Assembly: GCA_937928085.1 (NCBI GenBank)
Contig: CALFVU010000002.1
Span: 4,314 to 68,313 of the forward strand
DNA length: 64,000 bases
Direction of reading: 5' to 3'
DNA from: an uncultured bacterium
GTDB taxonomy: Bacteria; Spirochaetota; Leptospiria; Leptospirales; Leptonemataceae
Part shown: piece by piece, positions 10,799 through 20,700 of the stretch
How the letters are laid out: each line of letters starts with the position of its first letter
Numbering within the stretch: position 1 is the first letter of the stretch
Program-made: the position numbers and the translations under genes
Notes under the pieces: model-generated
Told to the model about the DNA's origin: nothing
What the model saw: the letters and a program-made list of their open reading frames with translations, nothing else
The model's database searches: none

Positions 10799-11617
10799 TT
10801 GTTTAAAAATTTTACAATTTCATCATTATATCCATATTTTCAATTGGTTTTTGCTTCTATACAAAGTAAAATGGAATATAAAGGAACTTTTTTATCGTTT
10901 ATTTTGACGATATTAGGATTTTATTTGTCACAGATTGCAGTTATCGCTCTTATGATTTATAAATTTCGTACTATTCATAATTGGGGTAGGGGAGAGCTTG
11001 CTTTTTTATACACTTTGTTGATTTTTTCTTCTGGTATAGTATCAAGTGTGTTTTCAGGTATGATTGATTTTGGTGAATTCATTCGCAAAGGAGATTATGA
11101 TAGAGTAAGACTTCGCCCTTTATCTACTCTTGGACAAATTTTAGCCAGTCAATTTGATCTAGCAGGTATAACCCATTTGTTTTTAGGAGTGATTGCATTG
11201 ATTACGAGTCAAATTTTTTTAAATATTGATTGGACTTTCACTAAAGTAATGTTCTTTATTTTGACGATTTTAGGAGGAAGTTTATTATTAGGTGGTATTC
11301 GGATTCTTACTGCTTCAATTTGCTTTTTTTCTATAACTAATGAAAGTCTTCAACACTTGGTAGTTTTTTCTTCGCGAGAATTTTTATTATATCCAGTAAG
11401 TATTTATTCCAAATCAATACAAATTTTCTTAACATTTTTATTTCCTATAGCTTTTGTGAATTACTATCCCGCTCATTTATTTTTAGATAAAAATTCAGAA
11501 ATTTTGTTTCATCCTTTTTTTGCTTATGCTACCTTTCCTGTAGGTTTTTTTGTTTTTCTTTTTTCTTTAAAAATTTGGAAATTAGGCGAAGCTTTTTATA
11601 CCAGTACAGGATCATGA
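10799..11617 (+). CDS. ABC-2 family transporter permease (second subunit)
   Basis: Polytopic membrane protein. TTG 10799 lies 6 nt after AGGAGG (10787..10792). The track start at 10784 is an in-frame alternative. Confidence 0.7.
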   Translation: MFKNFTISSLYPYFQLVFASIQSKMEYKGTFLSFILTILGFYLSQIAVIALMIYKFRTIHNWGRGELAFLYTLLIFSSGIVSSVFSGMIDFGEFIRKGDYDRVRLRPLSTLGQILASQFDLAGITHLFLGVIALITSQIFLNIDWTFTKVMFFILTILGGSLLLGGIRILTASICFFSITNESLQHLVVFSSREFLLYPVSIYSKSIQIFLTFLFPIAFVNYYPAHLFLDKNSEILFHPFFAYATFPVGFFVFLFSLKIWKLGEAFYTSTGS

Positions 11618-12720
11618 TTGTACTTACAGATCATACTGCTAATATTTATGGAGTAAAAGCACTATTGAACGATTTTTGTAAAACCAATGGACTAGAGTTT
11701 TTTATTTTTCAACTTAAGGATTTACAAAATTCTTTACAAAACAAACAATTGCTGAAAGTTTTAGACCCCATAAAAAAAAATAAAAAAATATTATTTTTTA
11801 TAGTCCCAGTTTCTATAAAAATTGATCAAACTCTTTATGATTTATTTGAGGGAAACATACTTTCTTTTGGAACCCCTGCTACGGGTATAGATCATGTGGA
11901 TTTTGATTTTTTAAAAAAATATTCGATTCCCTTTTTTGATGCTCAAGGAGAGAATAAAGACTCGGTTGTGGAATATACTTTAAGTGTACTTCCTTATGTG
12001 ATTGATATAGAAAAAATGATATATAAAGAAATCCAAATAGGTATTGTAGGATTTGGAAGAATTGGTAGTCTTTTAGGAAAAGTATTTAATGATCTCGGGT
12101 TTTCTTATATTGTTGTAGATCCTTTTGTGTTTCCTAATACCTATCAAAAAAATTTAAATCAATTAAAAGAGTGTGATGTCATTACATTTCATACTTCATT
12201 AACAAAAGAAGGTCCTTATCCTACTTTTGGAATGATTGATTTAGATTTTTTAAAAAATTTAAATCCCAATACTATATTGATCAATACGTCACGAGGAAAA
12301 ATATTTACCTCCGAAGCTTATTTTTATGCTATGGAAAATTTCGTTTGTGCTTTTGATGTATATTTTTTTGAACCACCAAAACAAATTGATTTGAACTCAA
12401 AAAAACTAAAAATTTCAACTCCTCATACTGCGGGATATAATTGGATTTCGAGGTTTCGTAGTGTATATAGAATTTTAGAAAAGTTTTCTGAGTCTTTTCA
12501 TTTTACATTTCAAAAAAAAATAGAAGATTATTTTCCCGATCACTTCGAAATACAAATTTTTGATAGTATTCTTTTAGAAACAGAAAACTTAAAAAAAAAT
12601 TGTGAATATTTTTCTATAAGAAATCAGTATCCTTTGCGAGCTAGTATAAAACAACAAAAATACAACTCAAATTGGAATCTTTTTTATAAAATTCTTTATG
12701 AGTATTTTCGATCTTTATAG
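11614..12720 (+). CDS. pdxB: erythronate-4-phosphate dehydrogenase (D-2-hydroxyacid dehydrogenase family)
   Basis: GIVGFGRIGS NAD loop and TFHTSLTKEGPYPT (compare E. coli PdxB TFHTPLYKDGPYKT), about 370 aa. ATG 11614 forms an ATGA overlap with the permease stop. The track start at 11575 is less likely. Confidence 0.8.
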   Translation: MIVLTDHTANIYGVKALLNDFCKTNGLEFFIFQLKDLQNSLQNKQLLKVLDPIKKNKKILFFIVPVSIKIDQTLYDLFEGNILSFGTPATGIDHVDFDFLKKYSIPFFDAQGENKDSVVEYTLSVLPYVIDIEKMIYKEIQIGIVGFGRIGSLLGKVFNDLGFSYIVVDPFVFPNTYQKNLNQLKECDVITFHTSLTKEGPYPTFGMIDLDFLKNLNPNTILINTSRGKIFTSEAYFYAMENFVCAFDVYFFEPPKQIDLNSKKLKISTPHTAGYNWISRFRSVYRILEKFSESFHFTFQKKIEDYFPDHFEIQIFDSILLETENLKKNCEYFSIRNQYPLRASIKQQKYNSNWNLFYKILYEYFRSL

Positions 12721-13626
12721 ATTATTTTCTATATCGTAAGCAATCATAGTTCCAATGCCTTTATCACTAAAAAGTTCAATTAAGATGGAATGGGCAACTC
12801 TCCCATCAATAATATGAGCTCTTTTCACTCCTCTTTCTAAAGCCATTAAGCAACATTGAACTTTTGGTAGCATTCCCCCAACAATTACATTTTCTTGTAT
12901 TAGTTGATGTACTTGTAATGGAGTTAGGCGATTCAGAACTTGATTTTCTTTTGAAACTCCATGAGTATCTGTTAATAAGATTAATTTTTCAGCTTTTAAA
13001 GAAGATGCAATGAAGCCTGCCATAGTATCTGCGTTGATGTTCAGACTATTTCCATAAGGATCTGGACTAACCGGAGCAATAATAGGTATATAACTCTTTT
13101 CGATAAGATCAAATAAAATTTTTGGATCAATACTTTCGATTGTTCCCACTAATCCTAAATCGATTTCTTGAATTACACCATTTTCTTCTTTTAAAAGACG
13201 TAATGGCTTTGCAATAGCTAACTGTGCATCTTTTCCTGAAAGTCCTATCGCTTTTCCACCTTGTTTTTGTATTAAACTTACAATTTCTTTATTAATAGAT
13301 CCCGATAGTACCATTTCTACAATTTCCATGGTTTCTTCGTCTGTATATCTTTGTCCTTTAATAAATTCAGTTTTTATATTTAGTCGACTTAAAAGAGAAT
13401 TGATTTTTGGTCCACCTCCATGTACAATCACAGGATGAATTCCAATATATTTTAGTAAAACTATATCTTTCGCAAATGATTCCCGTAATTCTTTTTCTTT
13501 CATTGCAGCTCCACCATATTTAATAACAATGATTTTGTTATGAAATTTCTGAATATATGGTAAAGCTTCTAAAAGAATTTTAGCTCTTAAAGATTCTGAT
13601 ATGCTTTCAAATTCTAAAGTTTCCAT
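12715..13626 (-). CDS. argB: acetylglutamate kinase
   Basis: IVIKYGGAAM and HGGGP motifs, amino-acid-kinase fold, 303 aa. Confidence 0.93.
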   Translation of the reverse strand: METLEFESISESLRAKILLEALPYIQKFHNKIIVIKYGGAAMKEKELRESFAKDIVLLKYIGIHPVIVHGGGPKINSLLSRLNIKTEFIKGQRYTDEETMEIVEMVLSGSINKEIVSLIQKQGGKAIGLSGKDAQLAIAKPLRLLKEENGVIQEIDLGLVGTIESIDPKILFDLIEKSYIPIIAPVSPDPYGNSLNINADTMAGFIASSLKAEKLILLTDTHGVSKENQVLNRLTPLQVHQLIQENVIVGGMLPKVQCCLMALERGVKRAHIIDGRVAHSILIELFSDKGIGTMIAYDIENNL

Positions 13627-13627
13627 A

Positions 13628-14149
13628 TTAAATTTGATTTTGATTTAACATTTGTATAAAATGTTGTATAGAATCCATATCTTTTTTTAATGAATTTGAA
13701 TAAATTTCTGCAATTGCTACTTCTACTGCTGGACCTAAAAATAAAATTTTACTAGTAATCTGAATTTTATATGTTCTTACTGAAGAATATGGAGTTTTTG
13801 CTTCGTAAAGAGATTCTCCTTGAATAAAAAATAAATTATCATTATTTCCACTAGGTACTACTTTAAAAATGTGTTTGTTAGTATCTAGGTAAAAAACTGA
13901 TTCTTCTACAAGTGTATCAGCTCCTTTTGGCAAAACCTGGGTGAGAATAGGAGGTATAGAAGCACCAATAGAAATATGCCTGATTTGAAAAAGTTGATTC
14001 CCTTCCAGTCTATCTTCTATAATTTTAACATTTTTAAGTTCTGGAAATTTATCTAAGTGTTTATATCTTTCCTGTCTTGCTTTTAATAATGTTTCTAAAG
14101 AGACATTAAATTCTTGAGTGATTTCTAAGATTTTCATAATAATTCTCAA
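13628..14149 (-). CDS. hypothetical cytoplasmic protein, possibly PRELI/SRPBCC-like ligand-binding fold
   Basis: 173-aa ORF with no signal peptide or TM segment, on the same strand 31 nt downstream of the MBOAT gene. The fold suggestion comes only from a sequence pattern resembling PRELI/MSF1. Confidence 0.55.
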   Translation of the reverse strand: MRIIMKILEITQEFNVSLETLLKARQERYKHLDKFPELKNVKIIEDRLEGNQLFQIRHISIGASIPPILTQVLPKGADTLVEESVFYLDTNKHIFKVVPSGNNDNLFFIQGESLYEAKTPYSSVRTYKIQITSKILFLGPAVEVAIAEIYSNSLKKDMDSIQHFIQMLNQNQI

Positions 14150-14180
14150 AAATTTTTTAATAATTTTTGTCTATTTTTTT

Positions 14181-15647
14181 TTAAAATTGAAAATATAAAA
14201 AGTTAGGAGTATCGGGAGTAGAAAAAATGAGAATCATCACGATTTTGATAGTTATCAGTAAAATTAGTGTTCTCTCTTTTTTTGTAATAGTTTCAATTTC
14301 TTTTTTGTCCATAAAGAATTCATATATCCATAAAAGGATTAAAAAATATACATAGTTAGAATGAACTATAGGTGGAAAACTTTGAGAAAATAAAAATGAT
14401 TGATGAATGTCTTCAAATCCAAATAATCTACCGATCATAAAATTTGCTGTTTGCATATCAGGAGCACGAAACCAAATAAAACCAAAATTTAAGGAAAAAA
14501 ATAAAAGAATTCTTGAAATAATTTCCCAAATATACGTGATTTTATTATGTAAAAATTTTTGCAAGTAAGATTCGTTGTAAATTCTATGAATCATGATCAT
14601 CACAAATTGCCAAATGCCCCAAGCAAGGAAATGGTACGAAGCTCCATGCCAAAAACCCGTAATTACCCATACAATGAAAATATTCACATAAACTCGAAAC
14701 GCACTAACTTTACTTCCTCCTAAAGGGATATAAACATAATCTCTAAGCCAAGTGGTTAGTGAGATATGCCATCGTTTCCAATGTTCTGTAATATTTCTTG
14801 CTGCCATTGGACAATTAAAATTGATTTCAAATTCATATCCAAAAAATCTTGCTACTCCTCTAGCAATATCGGTATAGCCTGCAAAATCAAAGTAAATCTG
14901 CCATCCAAAAGCTAAAGAAGCAATCCAAATATCTATAGGATGATAATCTTTGGGATTGGCAAAAACCGCATTCACAACAGGAGCTAAATTGTCAGCTAGA
15001 ACTAATTTTCTAAAAAAACCAGTAACCATTCGAATGAAACCAATTTTGTAGTCTTGAAATTGTATTGTTTTGGGATGATCAAACTGGGAAAAAAATGTAG
15101 TGGCTCTAACAATAGGACCTGCCACTAATTGTGGGAAAAAAGATACATATAAAGCAAAATCAACAAAGTTTTTCCGTGCTTGTAATATTCCTCTATATAC
15201 ATCAATGGTGTAAGATAAACTTTGAAAGGTATAAAAAGAGATACCAACAGGTAGTAGGATATCTAAATAAGAAAGGGTAAAAAATCTATCTTTAAAAAAT
15301 AAATCATTTAAAATTTCTAAACCGAAATTTGTATATTTAAAATAACCCAATAAACTAACATTCAACAATATAGAAATTCTAAGCCAGATTTGATCAGATA
15401 CATAAGATAAAAGTTTATAAATACCTTTCGATTGAATTTTTCTTCGATAAGAATCAATGCCTAATGCTGCGATATAATCATAAAATGTAGAAAGTAAAAT
15501 TAATACAAGATATACTGGTTTAAAAACACCATAAAAATAGTACGATGCTAATAATAAAAAAATTTTCAAACTTCTACCTTTTAAGATATGTCCCAATAGT
15601 AAAGTAATCAAGAAGAATAATAAAAAATGAAACGAGGTAAAATTCAT
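14181..15647 (-). CDS. MBOAT-family membrane O-acyltransferase (AlgI/DltB/PatA-like)
   Basis: Polytopic protein with WKRWHISLTTWLRDYVYIPLGGS and the catalytic-His region GFWHGASY. Confidence 0.9.
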   Translation of the reverse strand: MNFTSFHFLLFFLITLLLGHILKGRSLKIFLLLASYYFYGVFKPVYLVLILLSTFYDYIAALGIDSYRRKIQSKGIYKLLSYVSDQIWLRISILLNVSLLGYFKYTNFGLEILNDLFFKDRFFTLSYLDILLPVGISFYTFQSLSYTIDVYRGILQARKNFVDFALYVSFFPQLVAGPIVRATTFFSQFDHPKTIQFQDYKIGFIRMVTGFFRKLVLADNLAPVVNAVFANPKDYHPIDIWIASLAFGWQIYFDFAGYTDIARGVARFFGYEFEINFNCPMAARNITEHWKRWHISLTTWLRDYVYIPLGGSKVSAFRVYVNIFIVWVITGFWHGASYHFLAWGIWQFVMIMIHRIYNESYLQKFLHNKITYIWEIISRILLFFSLNFGFIWFRAPDMQTANFMIGRLFGFEDIHQSFLFSQSFPPIVHSNYVYFLILLWIYEFFMDKKEIETITKKERTLILLITIKIVMILIFSTPDTPNFLYFQF

Positions 15648-15697
15648 ATAAAATCAAGATTGAGTTTTTGAAAAGTTGGGTCAATAAAAATTATCTT

Positions 15698-17965
15698 CTA
15701 TAAATTGTATAAAAGACGGCTAATTTTATAATGTAAGTAATTTTGATAAGTTTTTCTTGCATAATTTCTACTTTCTTCTGAGGGTAAAATTTCTAAAAAG
15801 TAATAAAAATCGTTATTATAAAAACTTCTTTTCCATTTTCTAAGATTGCCCGGTCCTCCATTGTAAGCAATCGCTGCCCATTGAAAGTCATTCGAATTGG
15901 AATTAAGCAAGTCCGAAAAAAATTTACTACCTAAATCTATAGAAACTTCGGGATGAAAAAGATCTACGTTTTCTTTTTTTAATTTTTTAGCTAACCACAT
16001 TCCAGTAGAAGGCAGGATTTGCATAAGTCCAATTGCTCCTGAACGGCTAACTGCATTTTCTCGAAATTTACTTTCCTGCCTCATAATTGCATAAATCATA
16101 TCTTCTTCTAAATTCCAACGTTTGCTACTTGCTAGTACAACATTTCTATAGGGTCTTGGATATAAATTTGCTATGATCTCGGGTGGCAATGTAAAAGGAT
16201 CTTCAGGGATATGAAGTTCTCTAAGCAATTGTCTTAAAGCATGAACTTTTACAAAAAGATTTTTAGTTTTATTTCCTACAATAACTAAATAATAATAATA
16301 ACGGTCTTTGGTTGTTTTGTTTTTAAAATAATCATCGAATAAAGAGTAAGCAAATTCATATTCTCCAAACTGAAATAAAAAAAGAATTTCGTAAGGAATT
16401 CCTATGTTTTGATTTAAACTATTTTTTAGTTCTACAGCTTTTGGATGATAATAATAGCTAAGGTTTTTTTTACTTAAAAATTCTAGTGCATCTTTTAAAT
16501 AACCATATTTTGTAATCCATTGATAATAACGGACTTTAGAATTCACTTGCGCCCAATCGTGTACATAATTTATGTTTTTATTAGTTTTTTGAATTTCATC
16601 CCAAACAAAAAACATATAGCTACTACCTGGGGCATAATAATAAAAATTTTCTAAAATTAGATTTGCTAGCTCTAAATTGTTTAATTCTTCTTTATAAAAT
16701 CTATAAAGCCAATAAAAAAATCTTCCTGACTCTGTTTGATTGGGAATTTTTGAATAAGCAATTTCCCAATAATGTTTTATTTCGTATTGAAATTCTTTAC
16801 GATCTGGTTTTTTTATGATCAAAAAATCCAATAATAAATCAAAAACTTGTGTATTATAAGGAAAATTTTGTAAAAATAATAAAATTTCATTAAAATAGAG
16901 ATCTTTATACTTTGTATTGGAAGAATATATTTCTTTTAAAGATAGTAAATAATATTTCCATAATTCAGAGTTAGATTTTTTTATATGAGAAAATCGTTTC
17001 ATTATGTTTTCTATGATAGAATATTGTTTTTGATTATATAATTGTTGAATCCATAAAGTTAGAATTTCTGGTGTTTGAGAAAGATATGTGTATCCTTTGT
17101 AGGATAATTGGTATAAAGAATCCCATGCTTTTTTTTCTATAAAATATTGTCCGTCAAAGTATATAAGAGAAGCATTCGTTGTTTGTAAAATTTGTTCGTT
17201 TGTATAATCTTTTAAAAAATTTTCAATTTCTGGATCAAAATAAAATACGGTTAAATATCGTATATAGCTTTTTGGAATCTGATCTAAATTCTCTTTTAAA
17301 GAGTTCCAGATAATTTTTAAAGTGGATTTAGATTTTGTATTAAGTGCAGATAAAAATAAATGATTATAATAAAGATCCATTTTATTTTGTAGTTTATATA
17401 TAAATCCCAAATATAGATTCGTTAAAGGATTTTGTAAATGATCTTTATATAAAGAAATTGCTTTTTGAATTTCTTTTTGTTTTAATTGCTTGCGTTGATT
17501 ATAAACAAATTGCAAGTATTTTTGATAAAGAGTTTTTGTAATTTTGTCTTTTTGGTTAAAATCACCTTTTTGTAATATTTCGTATTGAAGGGTAAAATTT
17601 TTGTTGTTTTCTGCTATCGATTGTGCTTTTAGTAAAGCAAAATTACTAATGATTCCAGAAACATTTTTGTATTTTTTGATACAAGATAGAAACTCTGTAG
17701 ATGGTTCATTACATTGAATCCCTGCCATGGCTAAGTAATACTGTATGATTTTTAAATGGTTTTCTTCTTCTTTTTCTTTTTCTAATGCTTTTGCAAATAT
17801 GTAATATTGTTCTGTTGTTTTAGGATTAGTTTTATTAAAAAAATGAATTAAATCTTTCCATTGAGAGCTTTTATAAAGCTGAAATATTTCGATTTCTAAA
17901 GGAAAGATTGGTAAACTAACAAAAAATAATGAAAATATCTTATTCCAATTTTTTAATTTCATCAT
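15698..17965 (-). CDS. soluble lytic murein transglycosylase (Slt70-like: superhelical N-domain plus C-terminal SLT domain)
   Basis: C-terminal ESKFRENAVSRSGAIGLMQILPSTG and AYNGGPGN motifs. ATG 17965 gives a normal signal peptide (MMKLKNWNKIFSLFFVSLPIF). The track start at 18010 is a TTG alternative. Confidence 0.85.
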   Translation of the reverse strand: MMKLKNWNKIFSLFFVSLPIFPLEIEIFQLYKSSQWKDLIHFFNKTNPKTTEQYYIFAKALEKEKEEENHLKIIQYYLAMAGIQCNEPSTEFLSCIKKYKNVSGIISNFALLKAQSIAENNKNFTLQYEILQKGDFNQKDKITKTLYQKYLQFVYNQRKQLKQKEIQKAISLYKDHLQNPLTNLYLGFIYKLQNKMDLYYNHLFLSALNTKSKSTLKIIWNSLKENLDQIPKSYIRYLTVFYFDPEIENFLKDYTNEQILQTTNASLIYFDGQYFIEKKAWDSLYQLSYKGYTYLSQTPEILTLWIQQLYNQKQYSIIENIMKRFSHIKKSNSELWKYYLLSLKEIYSSNTKYKDLYFNEILLFLQNFPYNTQVFDLLLDFLIIKKPDRKEFQYEIKHYWEIAYSKIPNQTESGRFFYWLYRFYKEELNNLELANLILENFYYYAPGSSYMFFVWDEIQKTNKNINYVHDWAQVNSKVRYYQWITKYGYLKDALEFLSKKNLSYYYHPKAVELKNSLNQNIGIPYEILFLFQFGEYEFAYSLFDDYFKNKTTKDRYYYYLVIVGNKTKNLFVKVHALRQLLRELHIPEDPFTLPPEIIANLYPRPYRNVVLASSKRWNLEEDMIYAIMRQESKFRENAVSRSGAIGLMQILPSTGMWLAKKLKKENVDLFHPEVSIDLGSKFFSDLLNSNSNDFQWAAIAYNGGPGNLRKWKRSFYNNDFYYFLEILPSEESRNYARKTYQNYLHYKISRLLYNL

Positions 17966-18041
17966 AATAATAATTAAGAAACATAAAAACAGTTGATTTT
18001 TTATATTCAATAAAAAAAATTAAAAACGAAAATAAAAGAAA

Positions 18042-18050
18042 TGATATAAT
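18042..18050 (+). promoter_or_regulatory. extended -10 element TGATATAAT for the 18066 operon
   Basis: Exact TGnTATAAT in the divergent spacer with no good -35. The implied transcription start site (TSS) near 18057 leaves under 10 nt and no SD before ATG 18066. Confidence 0.4.
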
Positions 18051-18065
18051 CAATTGTATGATAAT

Positions 18066-19460
18066 ATGAAAACAAAATTAGAATTCAATACAATTCTCAT
18101 AAAATATTCTCAACAAATAGAAAATGTTTTACGATTAGACGATGAAGTTTCAGATCTTTTATTATCGTCTCCGATTGAAAGCTTTGAATATATTTTAAAT
18201 CGTGATATTACTATTTTTTTAAAACCATATGCATTAATAAATTTTAATCATGTAAAACAAATTCTAAAAAAATCAGAATATTTTTTTGATCTTTTTTATG
18301 ATACTTTAGAATATGTCATCTTAGATCCAAAAATTTATATACCTATGATTCGTTATTTTATATTTTCGGGAAAGGATAGAAAACTATTTACTGTGTTTTT
18401 GGAATTTCATAAACAAAAAAAAATGTTTCCTTTACTACTTTTAAGTGCTTATATTACTACATTTGACTCCGAAGAATTTAAAAACTACAAAAATTTTATA
18501 GAAGGAAATTACAATAAGCAATTATTCCAAATTTTAGATATTGATCATTTGTATTATTTTTCTTTTAAAAAGAATTTTGATGTTGTTTTAAAAAAGATTG
18601 ATCGGTTTCATTATTTAAAGAAATATTTAGAAGAGTTCTCCAAAGTAAAAAGTCATTTTCATAAAATTCTAATACACAATTGGATTTTTACAAATTTACT
18701 TACAAAAGGAAATTTTTATGTAGCGTATCAATTTTATCTTTGGCTTAAAAAAAAAGAAGAGTTTTTATTTAAAAATGATCTTTTGATAAGCTGGGAGTTA
18801 AAATTTGCCTTTATTTTTGTGAAAAATCAAAAATTTTCAATGTTAAAGCAATTAAAAAATCAAGAATATTTTTTTTACAACCAGAAAGAATTTTTACATA
18901 TTTATAAAGAATGGTTTCCTCAACTTTTACAGAAACAGTGGGAAGATATTTTTAGTATTCTTAAAATTCTTACTATAGAATATGATGTTATTCAAATGTA
19001 TCTTCTTATCCATCTCTTTTACGAAGAGATTATGTTAATAGGACTAAAATTTTTCGAAAATGGTATAGAATTAGATCCTTCTATTTTATGGGATTCGATA
19101 AAAAAAATTCATTCTCAAATTGATCATCAAAGCTTTTTATTAATGGATACTATAGAATCTAAAGAGTTTCTTGTAAATTTTGTTTTTTATTTGATTTATA
19201 AATATAGAAAAAAGCTGATTCAATTTTTTTATATGGATCCTTTTTATCGAGGTGTGATTGGGCTTTTTTACGAAAATTTTAAACCTGATATTAGTAAAAA
19301 TGCTTACGAAACGATACGCCATCCTTTAACAATGTTTCGTTTTTATGAATTTTATATGCGTAGTAAAAATTCCGATAAAAATTTAAAACTCAAAATTAAA
19401 AAAAAAGTAGAAAATTTAAAATTTTTTTTTATGATGGCAAATAAAAATGATGATGGATAA
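18066..19460 (+). CDS. hypothetical protein (predicted all-helical, aromatic-rich)
   Basis: Long ORF with no recognisable motif. It is the first in-frame ATG after the TGATATAAT element. The track start is TTG 18054. Confidence 0.7.
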   Translation: MKTKLEFNTILIKYSQQIENVLRLDDEVSDLLLSSPIESFEYILNRDITIFLKPYALINFNHVKQILKKSEYFFDLFYDTLEYVILDPKIYIPMIRYFIFSGKDRKLFTVFLEFHKQKKMFPLLLLSAYITTFDSEEFKNYKNFIEGNYNKQLFQILDIDHLYYFSFKKNFDVVLKKIDRFHYLKKYLEEFSKVKSHFHKILIHNWIFTNLLTKGNFYVAYQFYLWLKKKEEFLFKNDLLISWELKFAFIFVKNQKFSMLKQLKNQEYFFYNQKEFLHIYKEWFPQLLQKQWEDIFSILKILTIEYDVIQMYLLIHLFYEEIMLIGLKFFENGIELDPSILWDSIKKIHSQIDHQSFLLMDTIESKEFLVNFVFYLIYKYRKKLIQFFYMDPFYRGVIGLFYENFKPDISKNAYETIRHPLTMFRFYEFYMRSKNSDKNLKLKIKKKVENLKFFFMMANKNDDG

Positions 19461-20259
19461 AGAAAACGAGATTCAAAAAATAATTAAATTTATAAAGAGT
19501 ATGCAAAGTATTATTAAGACTTCTCCTAATCCTACTCAAGTAGAAAGAATTAAAAAAGACTTATCTACTTATTTAAAAAAATTAAAAGAATTAGTTCCGG
19601 ATTTTGATCCAAATAAAGAAACCATTGATGATCTAAATCGCCGATTGTTTATGTCCCAAACGAATGCGGATAGATCTTCTGTAGTTATTGAAAAAAAATC
19701 TATCAGTTCTTGGGATTATAAGGTACCATTACAAAAAGCATCCCCAAACTGTGCCGATAGAGATATAAATTTTCTGTATAGTGTTATACAATTTGTTCAG
19801 AAAGAATTTTGGCCTATTTTAAGTGATTTACATTTACAATTAGATTTTACCCATTCTCAAGAACGTCAAATGTTGCGGCTTGAATTTGATAAAATTCTAC
19901 GTTCTTTAAAAACTTTGCTAGAAACCATAGAGGATTATGCAACTTCTGAATCTTCCGATTTTCGAGAACAATTGCTAAAAATGAAAAATAAGCAAACAAG
20001 AGTTTTTATTATTGATGTTAATGATTTTTTTAAAAAACTAAAAGATTTTATAACAAAATTAATTAACGAAACAAATTCCATGTCTGGAGTAGTAAAAAAT
20101 CCTTCAGAAAAAATTCATTTTAACCCCCAATTCGAAGAAGCAGAGTTGTTAGAAGGGTATACAGTTAAAGGAGCTTTAATGGAGTTTCAAGATTTTATAC
20201 ATTTTGTTTTAAAAAAAATCAATTTACCAGATTTTAAACAAAAAAAATTTGATATTTAG
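19447..20259 (+). CDS. hypothetical protein (helical, coiled-coil-like)
   Basis: 270-aa ORF overlapping the upstream ORF by 14 nt and ending 9 nt before the bactofilin gene. No recognisable motif. Confidence 0.7.
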   Translation: MMMDKENEIQKIIKFIKSMQSIIKTSPNPTQVERIKKDLSTYLKKLKELVPDFDPNKETIDDLNRRLFMSQTNADRSSVVIEKKSISSWDYKVPLQKASPNCADRDINFLYSVIQFVQKEFWPILSDLHLQLDFTHSQERQMLRLEFDKILRSLKTLLETIEDYATSESSDFREQLLKMKNKQTRVFIIDVNDFFKKLKDFITKLINETNSMSGVVKNPSEKIHFNPQFEEAELLEGYTVKGALMEFQDFIHFVLKKINLPDFKQKKFDI

Positions 20260-20268
20260 GGGAATTAT

Positions 20269-20700
20269 ATGGCTATTGTAAAACCAGCGGTTGATGTTAC
20301 AAATTCTACAATTGGAGAAAATTCTTATTTTAGTGGTAGATTTTACATTAACGGTTCACTCAAAATCGATGGAAAGTTTGAGGGTAAATCTTTACAAGCG
20401 GATCAACTATATATAGGTTCGACAGGAAAAGTAAAAACAAATATTACAGCTTCTACGGTGATTGTAGAAGGTATTGTAATTGGTAATATAGAAGCTAAAA
20501 ATAGAGTTATGCTAATGCCTACAGCAAAGATTCTCGGAGATATTAAAACTCCCGAACTTGTAATTCAAAATGGGGTGATTCTCGAAGGGCGTTGTATGAT
20601 TTCTAACGACTTAAAACACTCTGCAAAAGATTATATTTTTGCCGAATACGATAAAGATAATTTATCAGAAGAGAAATTATTTGGCAAAAAAACTGGATAA
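20269..20700 (+). CDS. bactofilin (polymer-forming cytoskeletal protein, DUF583)
   Basis: Beta-helical repeat pattern (GRFYINGSLKIDGKFEGK...VIVEGIVIGNIEAKNRVMLMPTAKILGDIKTPELVIQNGVILEGRC). AGGGGA Shine-Dalgarno (SD) sequence precedes the ATG. Confidence 0.85.
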   Translation: MAIVKPAVDVTNSTIGENSYFSGRFYINGSLKIDGKFEGKSLQADQLYIGSTGKVKTNITASTVIVEGIVIGNIEAKNRVMLMPTAKILGDIKTPELVIQNGVILEGRCMISNDLKHSAKDYIFAEYDKDNLSEEKLFGKKTG

